DNA of 64,000 nucleotides from an uncultured Acidobacteriota bacterium (GCA_963773815.1 CAVZCI010000014.1:271246-335245); one strand, 5' to 3'. Positions 9,473 through 19,898 are shown, counted from the first letter of the stretch. Notes: a model not told the origin generated them from the sequence alone. A program made the numbers and translations.

Positions 9473-10075
9473 ATGGGAACGATGTTGAGACTTCCGGACC
9501 CGCTCGACCTTGCGGTGAAGCCGCTCTCTGCCTCGCACGGGAGGTGGCACGCTGCGCGGAGGCCGGAAGGCCGGCGCCTCGGCTCTCACGCGTCGGAGTT
9601 CCCGGGCCTCGTCGAGCCGGGAGAGCCGGGGAGCGGCGCGCAATTCCTCGAGTACCACCGTGTCCTCTTGAGAGCGTTCGAGCCCCTGGCGCGCGAGTCG
9701 GGAGCGGAGGAGTTCTCTCTTCACCCCTGGCGCGAGATTCCGTACTGGCTCTCCCAGTTCTTCTCCTGGGCTCAGCCCGGATACCTCGCAGGCGCGCTCG
9801 GACGGCTGCAGGAAATCGTCCGGTCGGGCTCGCCGGACGAGCTCGGCCGGTTTCTCGAATCGCCGCCGACGGCGGAGCACCCGTTTCGGGGCCTTCACGA
9901 CGTCTCCCACACGATGGTCGCGATCTACGAGCGCCATCGCTTCGGCGCCGACCACCCGGGGCTCGAAGGCGCGGGGATGGGGTCGCCCGAGACGTCGCCG
10001 CACAACGAACACTTCTGGGGCCTGCACGGCTGGATCGACGACCTGTACGCGAGGACTCTGAGCCGGCGCGGGTAG
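9473..10075 (+). CDS. hypothetical protein with tyrosinase-like (type-3 copper) motifs
   Basis: 200-aa ORF. FLEYHRVLLRAFE...LHPWREIPYW resembles the CuA FLPWHR...FE...LPYWDW motif. LHDVSHTMV and SPHNEHFWGLHGWIDDLY resemble the CuB HxxxH...FWxHHxxxDxxW motif. No SD and the start is uncertain. Confidence 0.4.
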   Translation: MGTMLRLPDPLDLAVKPLSASHGRWHAARRPEGRRLGSHASEFPGLVEPGEPGSGAQFLEYHRVLLRAFEPLARESGAEEFSLHPWREIPYWLSQFFSWAQPGYLAGALGRLQEIVRSGSPDELGRFLESPPTAEHPFRGLHDVSHTMVAIYERHRFGADHPGLEGAGMGSPETSPHNEHFWGLHGWIDDLYARTLSRRG

Positions 10076-10261
10076 CGGGTCAAGTCGGTCGCTTTGCATG
10101 GCCTTTTTCGTGGATCTTGGCGCGCGCTGGCGGCAGCCGGTCGACGCGCGCGGGCGTCGTGCCCGTCGGGCGGGAGGGGCACGGTGTCACGGCAGCGGCG
10201 AATCCAGAGACAGGTTTCGGACGCCGACGAGCGTCGGCCGAAACGCCGGGCGAGAGAGGCG

Positions 10262-11115
10262 ATGCAGGCCGGCGCGCGCGAATATCCCGCGCCGCCGTTT
10301 CCTCGCCAGCACCAGCCGAAACCGGGCGCCGAGCATCGCCTCGAGCCGCCGCCCCTCTACGACGCTCCTTTCTATCGGGGCTCCGGAAGCTCGAAGGCCG
10401 CGTCGCGCTCATCACGGGTGGCGATTCCGGCATCGGCCGCGCGGTCGCGGTCTTTTCGCCGCGAGGGTGCGGACGTCGTGATCGTCCATCTCGCGAAGAG
10501 AAGGACGCCGCGCGGACGCAGCGCGACGTCGAGGCGGAAGGAAGGAAATGCGTTCGAATCGCCGGGGACGTTTCGAGCTGCGCCTTTGCCGGCGCGCGGT
10601 CGCGAGGGCCGTCGCGGAGCTCGGCGAGTCTCGACGTGCTCGTCAACAACGCCGCGTTCCAGGTCCATGCCTCCATTCGATCGACCGCCGGCACTTCGAC
10701 GAAACGCTGAAGACGAACCTGTACGGGTATTTTTATATGGCCCAGTCGGCGGTTCCGAGATGAAGCGAGGATCGGCGATCGTCAACACCGGCTCCGTCAC
10801 CGGCCTTCTCGGCAATTCCGATCTCCTCGACTATTCGATGACCAAGGGCGGCATCCACGCGTTCACCCGTTCGCTGGCGGCCATCTCGTTCCGCGCGGCG
10901 TGCGCGTCAACGCCGTCGCCCCCGGTCCGTCTGGACGCCGCTGAATCCGTCGACAAGGAGGGAGAGGACGTCGCGATTTCGGCGCCGACACGCCGATGCA
11001 GCGCCGGCCCAGCCGGAGGAGATCGCGCCCGCGTCGTGTTCCTCGCGTCTCCGCAGTGCTCGAGCTACATTACCGGCGAAATTCTGCCGATCATCGGAGG
11101 TACACCGGCGGCTGA
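10262..11115 (+). pseudogene. SDR family oxidoreductase (YhdF/YghA-like), multiply frameshifted
   Basis: Conserved blocks lie in alternating frames: MQAGAREYPAPPFPRQHQPKPG...YRGSG / KLEGRVALITGGDSGIGRAVAV / REGADVVIV / AEGRKC..IAGDVS / HFDETLKTNLYGYFYMAQSAVP / MKRGSAIVNTGSVTGLLGNSDLLDYSMTKGGIHAFTRSLA / GVRVNAVAPGPVWTPLNPS / SSYITGEILPIIGG. At least 5 frame switches. Confidence 0.75.
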
Positions 11116-11156
11116 GGCCGGTTTTTTCAGAAGTTCTCGAAAGGAGGAACAAGCAC

Positions 11157-11716
11157 ATGTTCGACTGGTCGTTGCCGAAAACCACGCGATCTCGATCCTC
11201 AAGAGGGATCACGACGACGCAAAGAAGCTCTTCGACGAATTCGAAGCGACCGACAGCTCCGCGGCGAGAGAGCGGATCGTCGCCCGGGCCGTTGAGGCGC
11301 TCAAGATCCACGCGGTCCTGGAAGAGGAGATCTTCTACCCGGCGGTGCGAGCCCACGTCGGCGCGGAGATCATGGACGAGGCGGACGAAGAGCACCACGT
11401 CGCGAAAGTGCTCATCGGGAGCTCGACGGCCGAACGGCGGACGCGGACACCGGCGGGCGAAATTCGTGGTCCTCGCCGAAAGCGTCCGGCACCACATCCG
11501 CAAGAGGAGACAGATGCTCCCGAAGGCGAAGGAGCTGCCGATCGATTCGAAGGCTGGGAACCGGATGCTCGCGCGCAAGAAGGAACTGAAGGAAAACGGC
11601 ATCCGGCCGCCCCGGAGGCGGAAATGGTGGCGAAGGCCGGCCGGAACGCGGACTCGCCCGCGGCCGCCGCGCGCCGCCCCCGGGCGGCCGGCGCCCCGGC
11701 GTCGAAGAGAAGGTGA
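11157..11716 (+). pseudogene. hemerythrin-domain protein, frameshifted
   Basis: SD AAAGGAGG precedes ATG 11157. Conserved AISILKRDHDDAKKLFDEFE...ALKIHAVLEEEIFYPAV...EEHHVAKVLI sits in one frame, AKFVVLAESVRHHI...MLPKAKELPID...MLARKKELKENG in another, and the tail PEAEMVAKAGR back in the first. Confidence 0.6.
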
Positions 11717-11793
11717 CCTCCGAGCCCGGACGAGGGGAAGGTTCCTTCGCGCAAGAGGAGCTGAGGAGGCCTGAGCCGGACCCGACGCCGGCT

Positions 11794-12225
11794 TCAGCTC
11801 GACCTGCCGCGGAGACTCCGGCGACGACCGCTGGAGGGCTCGGACCCGGGGAAGAAGGAACCAGAGCGTGAAGAAGAGCCCGAAGATCGGATGGCGAGAA
11901 CGGCGACCACGCGGCTCTTCATGATGATCCGGGCGACGAGATAGAAGTCGATCGAGATTCCGAGCGCGAGCGGAGGCATGCTCCAGAGAGCAGCGCGTGG
12001 CGATACGCACGAGCGTTTCGGTCACCTCGTCGGCGCCGGCCGCGGTGGAATGCCGCGGGGCTCATGATCAACGCAATCGCGACGACGATCAGGCCGATCG
12101 AAAGCAGGTGGAGGCGCTGCTCGCCTTCGGTCAGCTTCTGCGCGAACCCGGCGTTGAAGACAGCGATCAACTGGAAGCCGAAGAGATCGGATCCGGGAGA
12201 CCAGCGACTTGAGAATGAAGAGCAC
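11794..12225 (-). pseudogene. DUF6328-like small membrane protein, frameshifted
   Basis: Fragments IAVFNAGFAQKLTEGEQRLHLLSIGLIVVAIALIMSPAAFHR, ETLVRIATR and LALGISIDFYLVARIIM lie in three different minus-strand frames. Confidence 0.4.
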
Positions 12226-12778
12226 CGTCCGATGAGGGGGAGCTCGCTTTCTGGCCGAGCTGGACCGGTCGCGAGGTCATGCTTCCAGTGGAAGGCAATC
12301 TCCGGGCCAGGTTCACTGGCCCGGCTTTTGCGAACGGACGGTTCTGATGGCCCCGACGGAAGAGCTGACCGGTCAGCTCCCCTGCGGCTTCCGCCGGACG
12401 AATCGGCCGTCGCTTCGGACGACCCAGGTTTTCCCGCCGTCGGCCCGCATGGTTCGTCATTTTCCCGATCCGCGCTCCGCGAGCGCTATCGTGAATTGCG
12501 CGGAGGTCACACGGAGAGCGGTTATTATCGCGGTCGGCGTGCGTGCGCCGCCGAGGGGGACAGGATGAAGACGATTTTCCTTTCAGGAGCGATTTTGGCC
12601 GCGGCGGCCGCGGTGCTCGCGGCGGGAGGCTCGATCTCCGGAAACCGAGCGCGTCGGAGATCGGGCGTTCATTCAGATCGAGTCGCCCAGCTTTCCGCAG
12701 CTTTCTCGGCAAGAAAAGATCGTCGCCTTTCATCTCGCGCAGGCGGCGATTCAGCTCGATCCGATTTTCTACGACCAG

Positions 12779-14551
12779 ATGTCGGAGTACGGCCTCGACG
12801 AGAAGCGCCTCCTCGGCTCCCTGGTCGAGGACTCCTCGCGGCTGCCCGAAGAGAGCCGCGCGGCCATTGTCTCCTTCGCGAAGCTCTTTTTCGCGAACGG
12901 CGGCAATCACAACGAGACGACGAACAGGAAGTTCGTTCCGGCGATCACGGCCCAGGCCTTCGAGCGCGCCGCCGAGCTCGCCCGTCAGAAAGGCGCGCGT
13001 CTGGGAACCCGGGCTTCGCTCGCCGCCCTCCTCCGGCGTCTTCACCGCCCGCTTTTCGATCCCGACTATCAGCCGTCGATCACGGTCAAGAACCCTCCCG
13101 CCGGCGAGGACATCCTCACGGCCTCCGCGAACAACTACTACGCGGGCGTGACGACGAAAGACCTCGCCGGGTACAAAGAGAGCTATCCGCTGGACTCCCG
13201 ACTCGCGAAGGTCGGCGGCAAGCTCGTCGAGGAGGTTTACCGGGCCGGGACGCCGGACGGAAAGGTCCCGCCGGGCCGATACGCCCGGGAGCTCGCGGCG
13301 GCGAACCGCGAGCTCGAGAAAGCCGCGGCGGCCGCCGACCCGGCACAGGCGCGCGTGATCCGCGCGCTCGTGCGCTTCTACCAGACCGGCGATCTGAGCG
13401 ACTGGCACGACTTCAACGTTCTCTGGATTCGCAACAATCCGCCGGTCGATTTCGCTTCCGGCTTCATCGAGGTCTATCGCGACGCGCGCGGGGTGAAGGG
13501 GTCCTCCCAGACCCTCGTCGCGACAACGGACCGAAAGCTCGACCCCCTGATGAAGAAGCTCGCGGCCAATGCCGTCGAATTCGAGAAGAAAGCTCCCTGG
13601 CTCGAGAAGTACAAGAAGCTCGACATCAAACCTCCCGAGGGGAAGGCCGTCGAAACAATCCTCGCGACCGGGGATTTCCGGGTCACGATAGTCGGCGACA
13701 ACCTTCCGAACGAGGCCGACATCCGCGAGCAGTACGGCACGAAGAGCATCTTTCTCTCTTCCTCGATGGACGCGTTCAACGCGGTCTCCGGCTCGAAGGT
13801 CGCGGTCGAGTTCTGGCCCGACCCGTCGGAGAAAGAGGCTGTCGAGAAGTACGGAAAGGCCGCGGGAGACCTCCAGACGGCGCTCCACGAGATCGTCGGC
13901 CACGGTTCCGGCAAGGTCGCGGTGCCGAACCCGCCCGAGACGTACCTGAAGGAGTACTACTCGACGCTCGAGGAGGCGCGCGCGGACCTCGTCGCGTACT
14001 GGGACGCCTTCGACCCGAAGCTCGCGGAAATCGGCGTCGAGAACGTGCGCGCCGTCGGAGAGGAGATGTATCGGCGTCTCGCGCGCGTGGGCTTGACGAC
14101 GCTGAACCACTATCCGACCGGAACCGACGCCGAGGAGGATCACGACCGGAACCGGCTGCTGATCGTGAACTATTTGATCGAGGCCGGCGCGTTCGAACGC
14201 ACGCGCAAGGACGGCAAGAGCTATATCGTCGTGAAGGACTACGACAAGGCTCACGAAGCCGTCGGGAAGCTCCTCGCCGAGATCATGCGAATCAAGGCGG
14301 AAGGGGACTATGAGGGAATCAAGAACCTCGTCCAGAAATACGGGATCCATTTCGACCCGGCGCTTCGCGACGAGGTCGTCGCCCGGTACAAGACGCTGGA
14401 CATCGCTCCTTACTACACGGGGATCTACGCCGATCTGGCCCCCGTGCGGGACCCGAACGGAAAGATCCGCGACATCCGCATCTCCTATTCGCGCGACTTC
14501 CTGAAACAGCAGCTGGAGTTTGCGCGGGCCAACGGGACCCTGGGCTTCTGA
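12779..14551 (+). CDS. M49 family (dipeptidyl-peptidase III-like) zinc metallopeptidase; N-terminus frame-broken
   Basis: HEIVGHGSGK (HExxGH) and LEEARADL motifs. The in-frame upstream sequence ERVGDRAFIQIESPSFPQLSRQEKIVAFHLAQAAIQLDPIFYDQ is also conserved. A signal peptide MKTIFLSGAILAAAAAVLAAG starts at ATG 12565 in another frame, so the full gene is probably 12565-14551 with one indel near 12640. Confidence 0.8.
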   Translation: MSEYGLDEKRLLGSLVEDSSRLPEESRAAIVSFAKLFFANGGNHNETTNRKFVPAITAQAFERAAELARQKGARLGTRASLAALLRRLHRPLFDPDYQPSITVKNPPAGEDILTASANNYYAGVTTKDLAGYKESYPLDSRLAKVGGKLVEEVYRAGTPDGKVPPGRYARELAAANRELEKAAAAADPAQARVIRALVRFYQTGDLSDWHDFNVLWIRNNPPVDFASGFIEVYRDARGVKGSSQTLVATTDRKLDPLMKKLAANAVEFEKKAPWLEKYKKLDIKPPEGKAVETILATGDFRVTIVGDNLPNEADIREQYGTKSIFLSSSMDAFNAVSGSKVAVEFWPDPSEKEAVEKYGKAAGDLQTALHEIVGHGSGKVAVPNPPETYLKEYYSTLEEARADLVAYWDAFDPKLAEIGVENVRAVGEEMYRRLARVGLTTLNHYPTGTDAEEDHDRNRLLIVNYLIEAGAFERTRKDGKSYIVVKDYDKAHEAVGKLLAEIMRIKAEGDYEGIKNLVQKYGIHFDPALRDEVVARYKTLDIAPYYTGIYADLAPVRDPNGKIRDIRISYSRDFLKQQLEFARANGTLGF

Positions 14552-14698
14552 GCCGAGTAGAATCCCGGCGACAGGAGAATTTTTGATCTTAGCTTCCCGT
14601 ACTCGTCTCGGACGCATGAGGATCGTCAAAATCTCATCACGGCGCACGACCGCCGGAGCGGTATCCGGGCGATCGATTCAACCTCGAATCCCCGGCTG

Positions 14699-15496
14699 TT
14701 GGAACAATCGTCCGACAGATTCGATGGGCGGGATATCGGTTCAGTGAGGTACGGCATGATCCTGGCCTGCCAGATCCCGCCCCACGGCCACCAGTCGTTT
14801 ACTCTCAGCCTGCAACTCGGTGGCGTCGTGCGGGAGCGGATCGACGGGCGCGAATTCGAGTGTCTGCCCGCGAACGGTACCTTCAAGCCGAGCCAAACGA
14901 AGCACGCCAACCAGGTCAGTCTCCGAGGAGGTGGTCTTTCATCGTCGAGTGCGAGGACAGGGAGATCGACGGCGTTGCGCCTAGAAGAACCTCATTCCAG
15001 GCGCGCTCGAGCCGATCGTGTGCGCTCGGATGCTGTCGGTTTTCGAGCGGTTTCGCAAGTGCGAAAACGACCCGCTCTTGCCGCTCGCCGTCGAGGACCT
15101 TCGATTCGCCTTACTCGCCTCCTCCCAGCGCCGAGGTTCCACCCGATTCCGGCCAAGCGAGCGCCACGTTCGGCGGACGATCGATGCTCTCCGGTCCGGC
15201 ACAGCCGCCTCGATTCGCGTGACGAGCCTTGCGCAAGCTGCCGGAATTCATCCCGTCTACCTCGCTCGGCTCTTCCATCGAGTCTTCGGGTGCTCCGTCA
15301 CGGCGTACGTTCAACGCGTGCGGATCGAGAGGGCGATGACTCTTCTTCGTGAATCGCGCGATACCCTGGCCGAGGTCGCAATGCGGGCCGGGTTCGCCGA
15401 TCAGAGCCATTTGACTCGATCCCTTCGCCGATGGACTCGGCTTTTCGCCTCGGGAATACCGAAGGACGGTGTCTCGGGTCGCGCGGCTGTTTTGAA
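14699..15496 (+). pseudogene. AraC family transcriptional regulator, frameshifted
   Basis: Cupin-like N-part (PPHGHQSFTLSLQLGGVVRERIDGREFEC) is in one frame. The HTH part (IRVTSLAQAAGIHPVYLARLFHRVFGCSVTAYVQRVRIERAMTLL...AGFADQSHLTRS) is in a second. The canonical tail GLGFSPREYRRTVSRVARLF-stop is in a third. Confidence 0.65.
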
Positions 15497-15543
15497 AAGT
15501 TCAAGATTTCGAGCGCATCGCCCTCCTACAATCACCGAGGGGG

Positions 15544-17297
15544 GTGGCGATGGAAGTACACGAAGGAGCCAGGGTTCCAGGCGGAAGATCGCGGACGCTC
15601 CAGGTCCTTGCGGCGCTGGCCACGATGTTCGCGTCGCACTGGGGATTCGGAACTGCCGCCGCGCCGGCGACACTACCCGGCCTGGCGTTCCTCCGGGACG
15701 TCGAGCGTGGGGATGTGGCGCGCCGGAAAGGTGACTTCGTCGAGGCGGCCGACTTCTATCGCCAAGGCGCTGAGGATCAGCGAATCCGATCCCCACGCTT
15801 CGTCTCGTTGGGCCATGCCCTGTTTGCGGCGAAGAATTACCGGGAGGCGGCAGCCGCATACCGAACGGGGTGGGAAAAAGGATTCTACGAGCGGGCGCCG
15901 GCGCCCATCAGAACGCCGTGTGCCAGGCTCCGTCAGGCGACGACGAGGCCGCTTGAACTGGCTGGAGGAGACAATCCGTTCGCGGTGGAAGGATCGCCAG
16001 GAAATCGCGCAGGACGCGCGTTTTGAGCATTTGAGGGCGAATCCGCGATTCCGGCGAGTTATCGGATCGTTACCCGACACTATTCGAGACCGGATCGAGG
16101 GCTGGCGCTATGACCTCGAATTTCTGGCTTCAGAGGTCGTCCGACTGGACCCGGCCTACGCGACCGGACTGCCGGAGACTTTTCGGAACCGAATCGACTC
16201 TCTTCGGTCAAGCTCGCGACCCTGACCGACACCGAAATCTCTCTGAGACGATGGCTCTCCTCGCCTCACTGCGGCGAATGCACACAGTCATGCTTCCGTT
16301 CGGGATGCGCCACGGCGTGTTGAGCGGGCTGGTCCCCGTCCAGCTCTGGCAATTCTCGGATGGCGTTTTCGCGATAAACGCCCCCGACGCCGACCTGATC
16401 GGTAGTCAGGTACTGGCGCTCGGCGGAAAAGACGTCACGGAGCTGTCGCGGTCTGCAGAAAAATACATCTCCCGGGACAGCGATGCTTTCTCCCCGTTCG
16501 CCGTCCCGATTTCGTTCATGTGGGTTGACCTGCTGAAGGCGGTCTGGGGGAAAGTCGGCGCAGACTTCGTCGAGTTTCGGGTTCGCAAAGCCGGGCGGGA
16601 TCGTACCGTCCGTGTGGCCGTCGGGCCCGGACCGATCGACCCGCCCGAATCCCCATGAGACTCGTCGCTCCGAAGACTGCGGCTCCGGCGCCGAAGTACC
16701 TGGCCAACCTGAATCGGAACCTTTCCCTGAGAACCTCGACGAAAGCACTCTGTACGTGCAGCTCAACCAGATGGCCGATGATCCCGACAAGACCCTGGAA
16801 CAGTTCGCCCGCGAGCTGACCTCACGCGTTCAGGCCGGAAAGGTCCGAGACGTGATCGTCGACGTGCGGCTCAACAATGGGGGTAACTACGAAGCCACGC
16901 TGCCGGTCATCGACGCTCTCGGAGCTTCGAGACGGTGGTTCCGCACGCGCGACTCTTCGTGATCGAAGGGCGCAATACCGTCTCGGCCGCGCAAAACTTC
17001 ATTTCCGCGCTCGACGAGATGGGAACACCGATTTTCGTCGGCGAGCCGAGCGGCTCCCGGCCGGATCACATCGGGGACGACACGACGGTCGTCCTGCCCT
17101 ACAGCGGCATCATCATCAGCATCGCTTGCGCCGTTCACCAGACCTCGTTCCGCGACGCGCGTGAATGGATCGCGCCAAACATCCCGGCGGCGCTCTCCTC
17201 GGCGGAATACTTTCGCAACGCAGACCCGGCGCTGGACGCGGTTCTCACGTTCATCCGAGCTAAGGCGAACGTGATGTCGGGGCCTCACCCTCCATAG
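15544..17297 (+). pseudogene. S41-like peptidase paralogue A (TPR-like N-part), about 4 frameshifts
   Basis: Five consecutive ORF pieces in different frames together align along paralogue B (18552-19868). They include VIVDVRLNNGGNY (DLRxNxGG motif) and IEGRNTVSAAQNFISAL (T-SAA serine motif). Confidence 0.65.
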
Positions 17298-17474
17298 CCG
17301 AAATTCCAGCTGGAAGCCTTTTCCGTGCCGACCAAGATCGAGTGAATAGGCGGTTCGCGGAGCTATTGAGGTCCTGCGGTAGCTAACCGCATGATTTTTC
17401 GATGTCTCATCAACGCTTGGTCATGAGACCAACGGCTCTCACGGGAGCCACGCGAATCCCGATGGGTAGGCCAG

Positions 17475-18437
17475 GTGTGGACAGAGTGTGGACAGGGCGA
17501 CTTTCTCGGCGGAATTGCCCACACACGGGCGGACGCATTGCTTTGCCCGGTGAGGCAACTGCCTTCCCGATCAGAATGGAGGCCGCGGGCATGGCCGGCA
17601 TGAGTCGGCGTAGAGCGGTGGAATGGATTGGGCGCTACCGCCGGGGAGATCATGAGCTTGTGGGCCGCAGCTCAAGGCCTCACGGCAGCCCGCGCAGAAC
17701 GCTGCCGCCTGTGGTGGAGCGAGTCATCGCTCTTCGAAGGAAAAGGCAGACTGGATTGGAAATCGCTCGACAGGTTGGTATCAGCCCGGCCACCGTGGCC
17801 AGGATCCTTGCCGATGCCGGCCTGTCTCGACTCCACAACCTGGAACCCATCGAACCCGTTCGCCGGTACGAGAAAGAGCGCCCGGCCGAGATGGTGCATC
17901 TGGATACCAAGAAGCTTGGACGCATTGGGAGGATCGGCATCGGATCACGGGCGACCGCCGATCGCGCGTTCGGGGTATCGGCTGGGAGTTCGTTCATGTG
18001 GCCATCGACGATTACTCTCGTAGCAGCTACGTCGAAGTCCTCCCAGACGAAAGAGCTCCCACCACCGTCGGCTTCCTGGATCGTGCCGAGGCCTGGTTTG
18101 TTCAGAAAGGAGTTCGAGTGGAGACGCTGCTTACCGACAACGGCGGCAACTATCGCTCAAAAGTCTTCGCCGCCGCCTGTAACGCGGCCGCGATGCGTCA
18201 TCGCCGCACGCGCCCTTATCGACCCCGCACCAACGGCAAGGCGGAACGATTCATCCAAACTCTTCTGCGAGATGGGCCTACAAACGGCCCTACACGACCT
18301 CCTACCAACGCACCAAACGACTGGAAACCTTCGTGCGCTATTACAATCAGCAACGACCCCATGCCAGCCTTAACCGCCAGCCCCCAGCCTCTCGACTCCC
18401 CATCTCAGGGAACAACGTCTTGAGAAACGACAGCTAG
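17475..18437 (+). mobile_element. IS481-family insertion sequence relic (transposase with at least 2 frameshifts)
   Basis: HTH part GMSRRRAVEWIGRYR...GRSSRPHGSP. DDE/integrase core MVHLDTKKLGRI / GWEFVHVAIDDYSRSSYVEVLPDE...LLTDNGGNYRS...RTRPYRPRTNGKAERFIQTLL / REWAYKRPYTTSYQRTKRLETFVRYYNQQRPHASLN lies in three frames. Possible left end TGTGGACAG at 17476. No matching right inverted repeat was found. Confidence 0.75.
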
Positions 18438-18551
18438 GTTCCGTCGCCCGGCGGGAAAGGTTGGCGTGCGACGGAGCGGGTGAGAAGCTTATGCCGCGAG
18501 CGGCCCGTAACCTTGCCTCGCGGGCGGCGTAGTATTCGACAGGGGGGATCT

Positions 18552-19868
18552 ATGCAAACGGTTTGCGTGTGCCTTATTTCCATCGTCTTCGCTCTTCGGG
18601 GAGCGGCGGCACCGACAGCGCCCAATCTGCTTTCGAAAAATGAAGTGGCGGGTTGGCAGAACGACCTGAAATTTCTGGAAACCGAGATCGTGCGAGTGCA
18701 CCCGAATCCCTTCCATTCGGTCAGCCGCGAAACTCTCCGATCGGCCTTCGAAGACCTCGAGAAACGCCTGCCGAAGATGGACCGCGATGCGGCGATCGTC
18801 GGCCTCGCGCGCATCGTCGCTCTGCTTCAGGAGGGACATTCGCAGATCGGCCTCCGGTGGGACCCTGCCATCGGATTCGGGCAATATCCTCTGAACCTCT
18901 ATTTCTTCAAGGATGGGCTGTTCGTGAGGGGTGCGCCCGAGGCTCTTTCGGAAGCGCTGGGGGGCCGGGTGGTGCGAATCGGCTCCCTGAGCGCCGGGGA
19001 GGCCGCCTCCGCCGTCACTCCAATCGTTCAGCACGACAACGACATGACGATCCGCGACGTTCTGCCGAACGATCTCGTCATTCCCGAGGTCCTTCACACT
19101 CTGGGAGTGTGCTCCGACCGCAGCGAGTGCGCCTTCGAGATTGAGCGACCGGGGGGAAGCCGGCAGCGGCTGGTTGTCCACGCTCTCGCCGCCGGGAGCA
19201 CGGTGGCCTGGGTCCGCGCGAACAAGGCAACGGAGAATCCCCTGCCGCTCTGCCTTCGCGACCGCCAGAAGAATTTCTGGTTTGCGCCGATCGACGGCGC
19301 CAACGCTCTCTACGTCGCCTACAACGCTGTCCAGGATTCCGACGACGAGACCGTCGCGCATTTCTTCGACCGGGTCTTCAAGGACGCCGACGAACGCCGA
19401 ACGGAATACCTGGTTCTCGACCTGCGCTGGAACAACGGAGGCGACAACACGCTGAACGCTCCGTTGATTCGCCATCTCGTCGCGAACAAGCGGCTGAACC
19501 GAAAGGGTCACCTGTTCGTGATCACCGGACGATTGACCTTTTCCGCAGCGATGAACTGCGCGATGGACCTGGAGAAGAACACGGAGGCGATTTTCGCGGG
19601 CGAGCCGACGGGCTCACGCCCGAACCAGTACGGCGACGCCACGAACATCGAGCTCCCCCACTCGAAGATCCGGGTGCGGATCTCCACGCGCTACTGGGAG
19701 GACGGAGGGCCGGCGGATCACCGCCCGTGGATTTCTCCTTCAATCCCGGTCGAGCTCACTTCGAGCGACTACGCCGAGAACCGGGACCCGGTCTCGACGC
19801 GGTCCTCGGGCAGATTCGCGCGCGAAAGCCCTGAGACGAGGCTGTCGTTTTCGGTGTATCTATGTTAA
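18552..19868 (+). CDS. S41-like peptidase paralogue B (secreted)
   Basis: ATG 18552 gives the signal peptide MQTVCVCLISIVFALRGAAA. Motifs VLDLRWNNGGDN and ITGRLTFSAAMNCAMDL. The last 25 codons look out of frame. A shift near 19790 would give LDAVLGQIRARKP-stop, parallel to paralogue A. Confidence 0.7.
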   Translation: MQTVCVCLISIVFALRGAAAPTAPNLLSKNEVAGWQNDLKFLETEIVRVHPNPFHSVSRETLRSAFEDLEKRLPKMDRDAAIVGLARIVALLQEGHSQIGLRWDPAIGFGQYPLNLYFFKDGLFVRGAPEALSEALGGRVVRIGSLSAGEAASAVTPIVQHDNDMTIRDVLPNDLVIPEVLHTLGVCSDRSECAFEIERPGGSRQRLVVHALAAGSTVAWVRANKATENPLPLCLRDRQKNFWFAPIDGANALYVAYNAVQDSDDETVAHFFDRVFKDADERRTEYLVLDLRWNNGGDNTLNAPLIRHLVANKRLNRKGHLFVITGRLTFSAAMNCAMDLEKNTEAIFAGEPTGSRPNQYGDATNIELPHSKIRVRISTRYWEDGGPADHRPWISPSIPVELTSSDYAENRDPVSTRSSGRFARESPETRLSFSVYLC

Positions 19869-19898
19869 AATACTCATAACATTATGGTTCTGTGAAAA

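Noticed and set aside
9179-10075. melC1/melC2-like caddie-tyrosinase operon
   Set aside because: A strong intrinsic terminator (9430-9461) separates the secreted peptide gene from the tyrosinase-like ORF, so co-transcription is unlikely. I kept it only as a positional observation.
10094-11716. 540-aa ORF read as one gene
   Set aside because: It is a chimera. It alternates between in-frame and out-of-frame pieces of the SDR gene and then runs into the hemerythrin gene. I split it into two frame-broken genes.
12064-14647. 749-aa (+) and 826-aa (-) ORFs overlapping the M49 peptidase
   Set aside because: These are out-of-frame or antisense shadows. Only the first 25 codons after ATG 12565 in the 12064 frame (the signal peptide) are credible.
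17475-17495. Tandem GTGTGGACAG(A/G) repeat as a possible CRISPR or array start
   Set aside because: There are only two adjacent copies with no spacers. It is more likely the left terminal region of the IS481-type element.
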